Positions 36,402 through 36,402 of a DNA stretch of 36,402 nt are shown in pieces (positions within the stretch are counted from its first letter, which is position 1; each line of letters begins with the position of its first letter). The DNA is taken from the NCBI GenBank assembly GCA_030631665.1, contig DAOVKU010000003.1, forward strand, positions 1 to 36,402, read 5' to 3'. The position numbers and the translations under genes were made by a program. Source of the DNA: Candidatus Omnitrophota bacterium (GTDB lineage: Bacteria; Omnitrophota; Gorgyraeia; DAOVKU01). The notes below the pieces were generated by a model. That model ran no database searches. It saw only the letters and a list, made by a program, of their open reading frames with translations, and was not told the origin of the DNA.

Positions 36402-36402
36402 A

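Overview
A 36.4-kb bacterial chromosomal window in which every credible gene is on the minus strand. Gene order and protein style suggest a diderm PVC-group organism such as Omnitrophota; this is an inference. Reading right to left in the direction of transcription there are three blocks. (1) A housekeeping run: ilvE (partial)-mcsA-mcsB-clpC-[AsmA/TamB-like]-mlaE-mlaF-mlaD-radA-PIN/TRAM-ispD-ispF-cysE-cysS. (2) Three genes, each with its own sigma70-like promoter: a PEP-CTERM surface protein preceded by two LacI-type operators, a secreted CBM11-like protein, and a pseudo-REC/GAF/GAF/GGDEF diguanylate cyclase. (3) A >17-kb Wzx/Wzy-type polysaccharide locus that opens with a lone secretin, followed by a polysaccharide co-polymerase and a split BY-kinase. 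It continues with a small-protein/nucleotidyltransferase pair, wecB, several glycosyltransferases (one internally deleted), two methyltransferases, a radical SAM enzyme, a GT9 and a secreted GH20-like hydrolase that runs off the left edge and is missing from the ORF track. The most notable feature is the secretin: it sits where Wza/OPX would be expected, with no T2SS or pilus genes nearby, so it is a candidate secretin-dependent polysaccharide export system. Intergenic regions carry several palindromic and 7-bp-periodic inverted repeat elements. No rRNA, tRNA, CRISPR array or transposase was seen.
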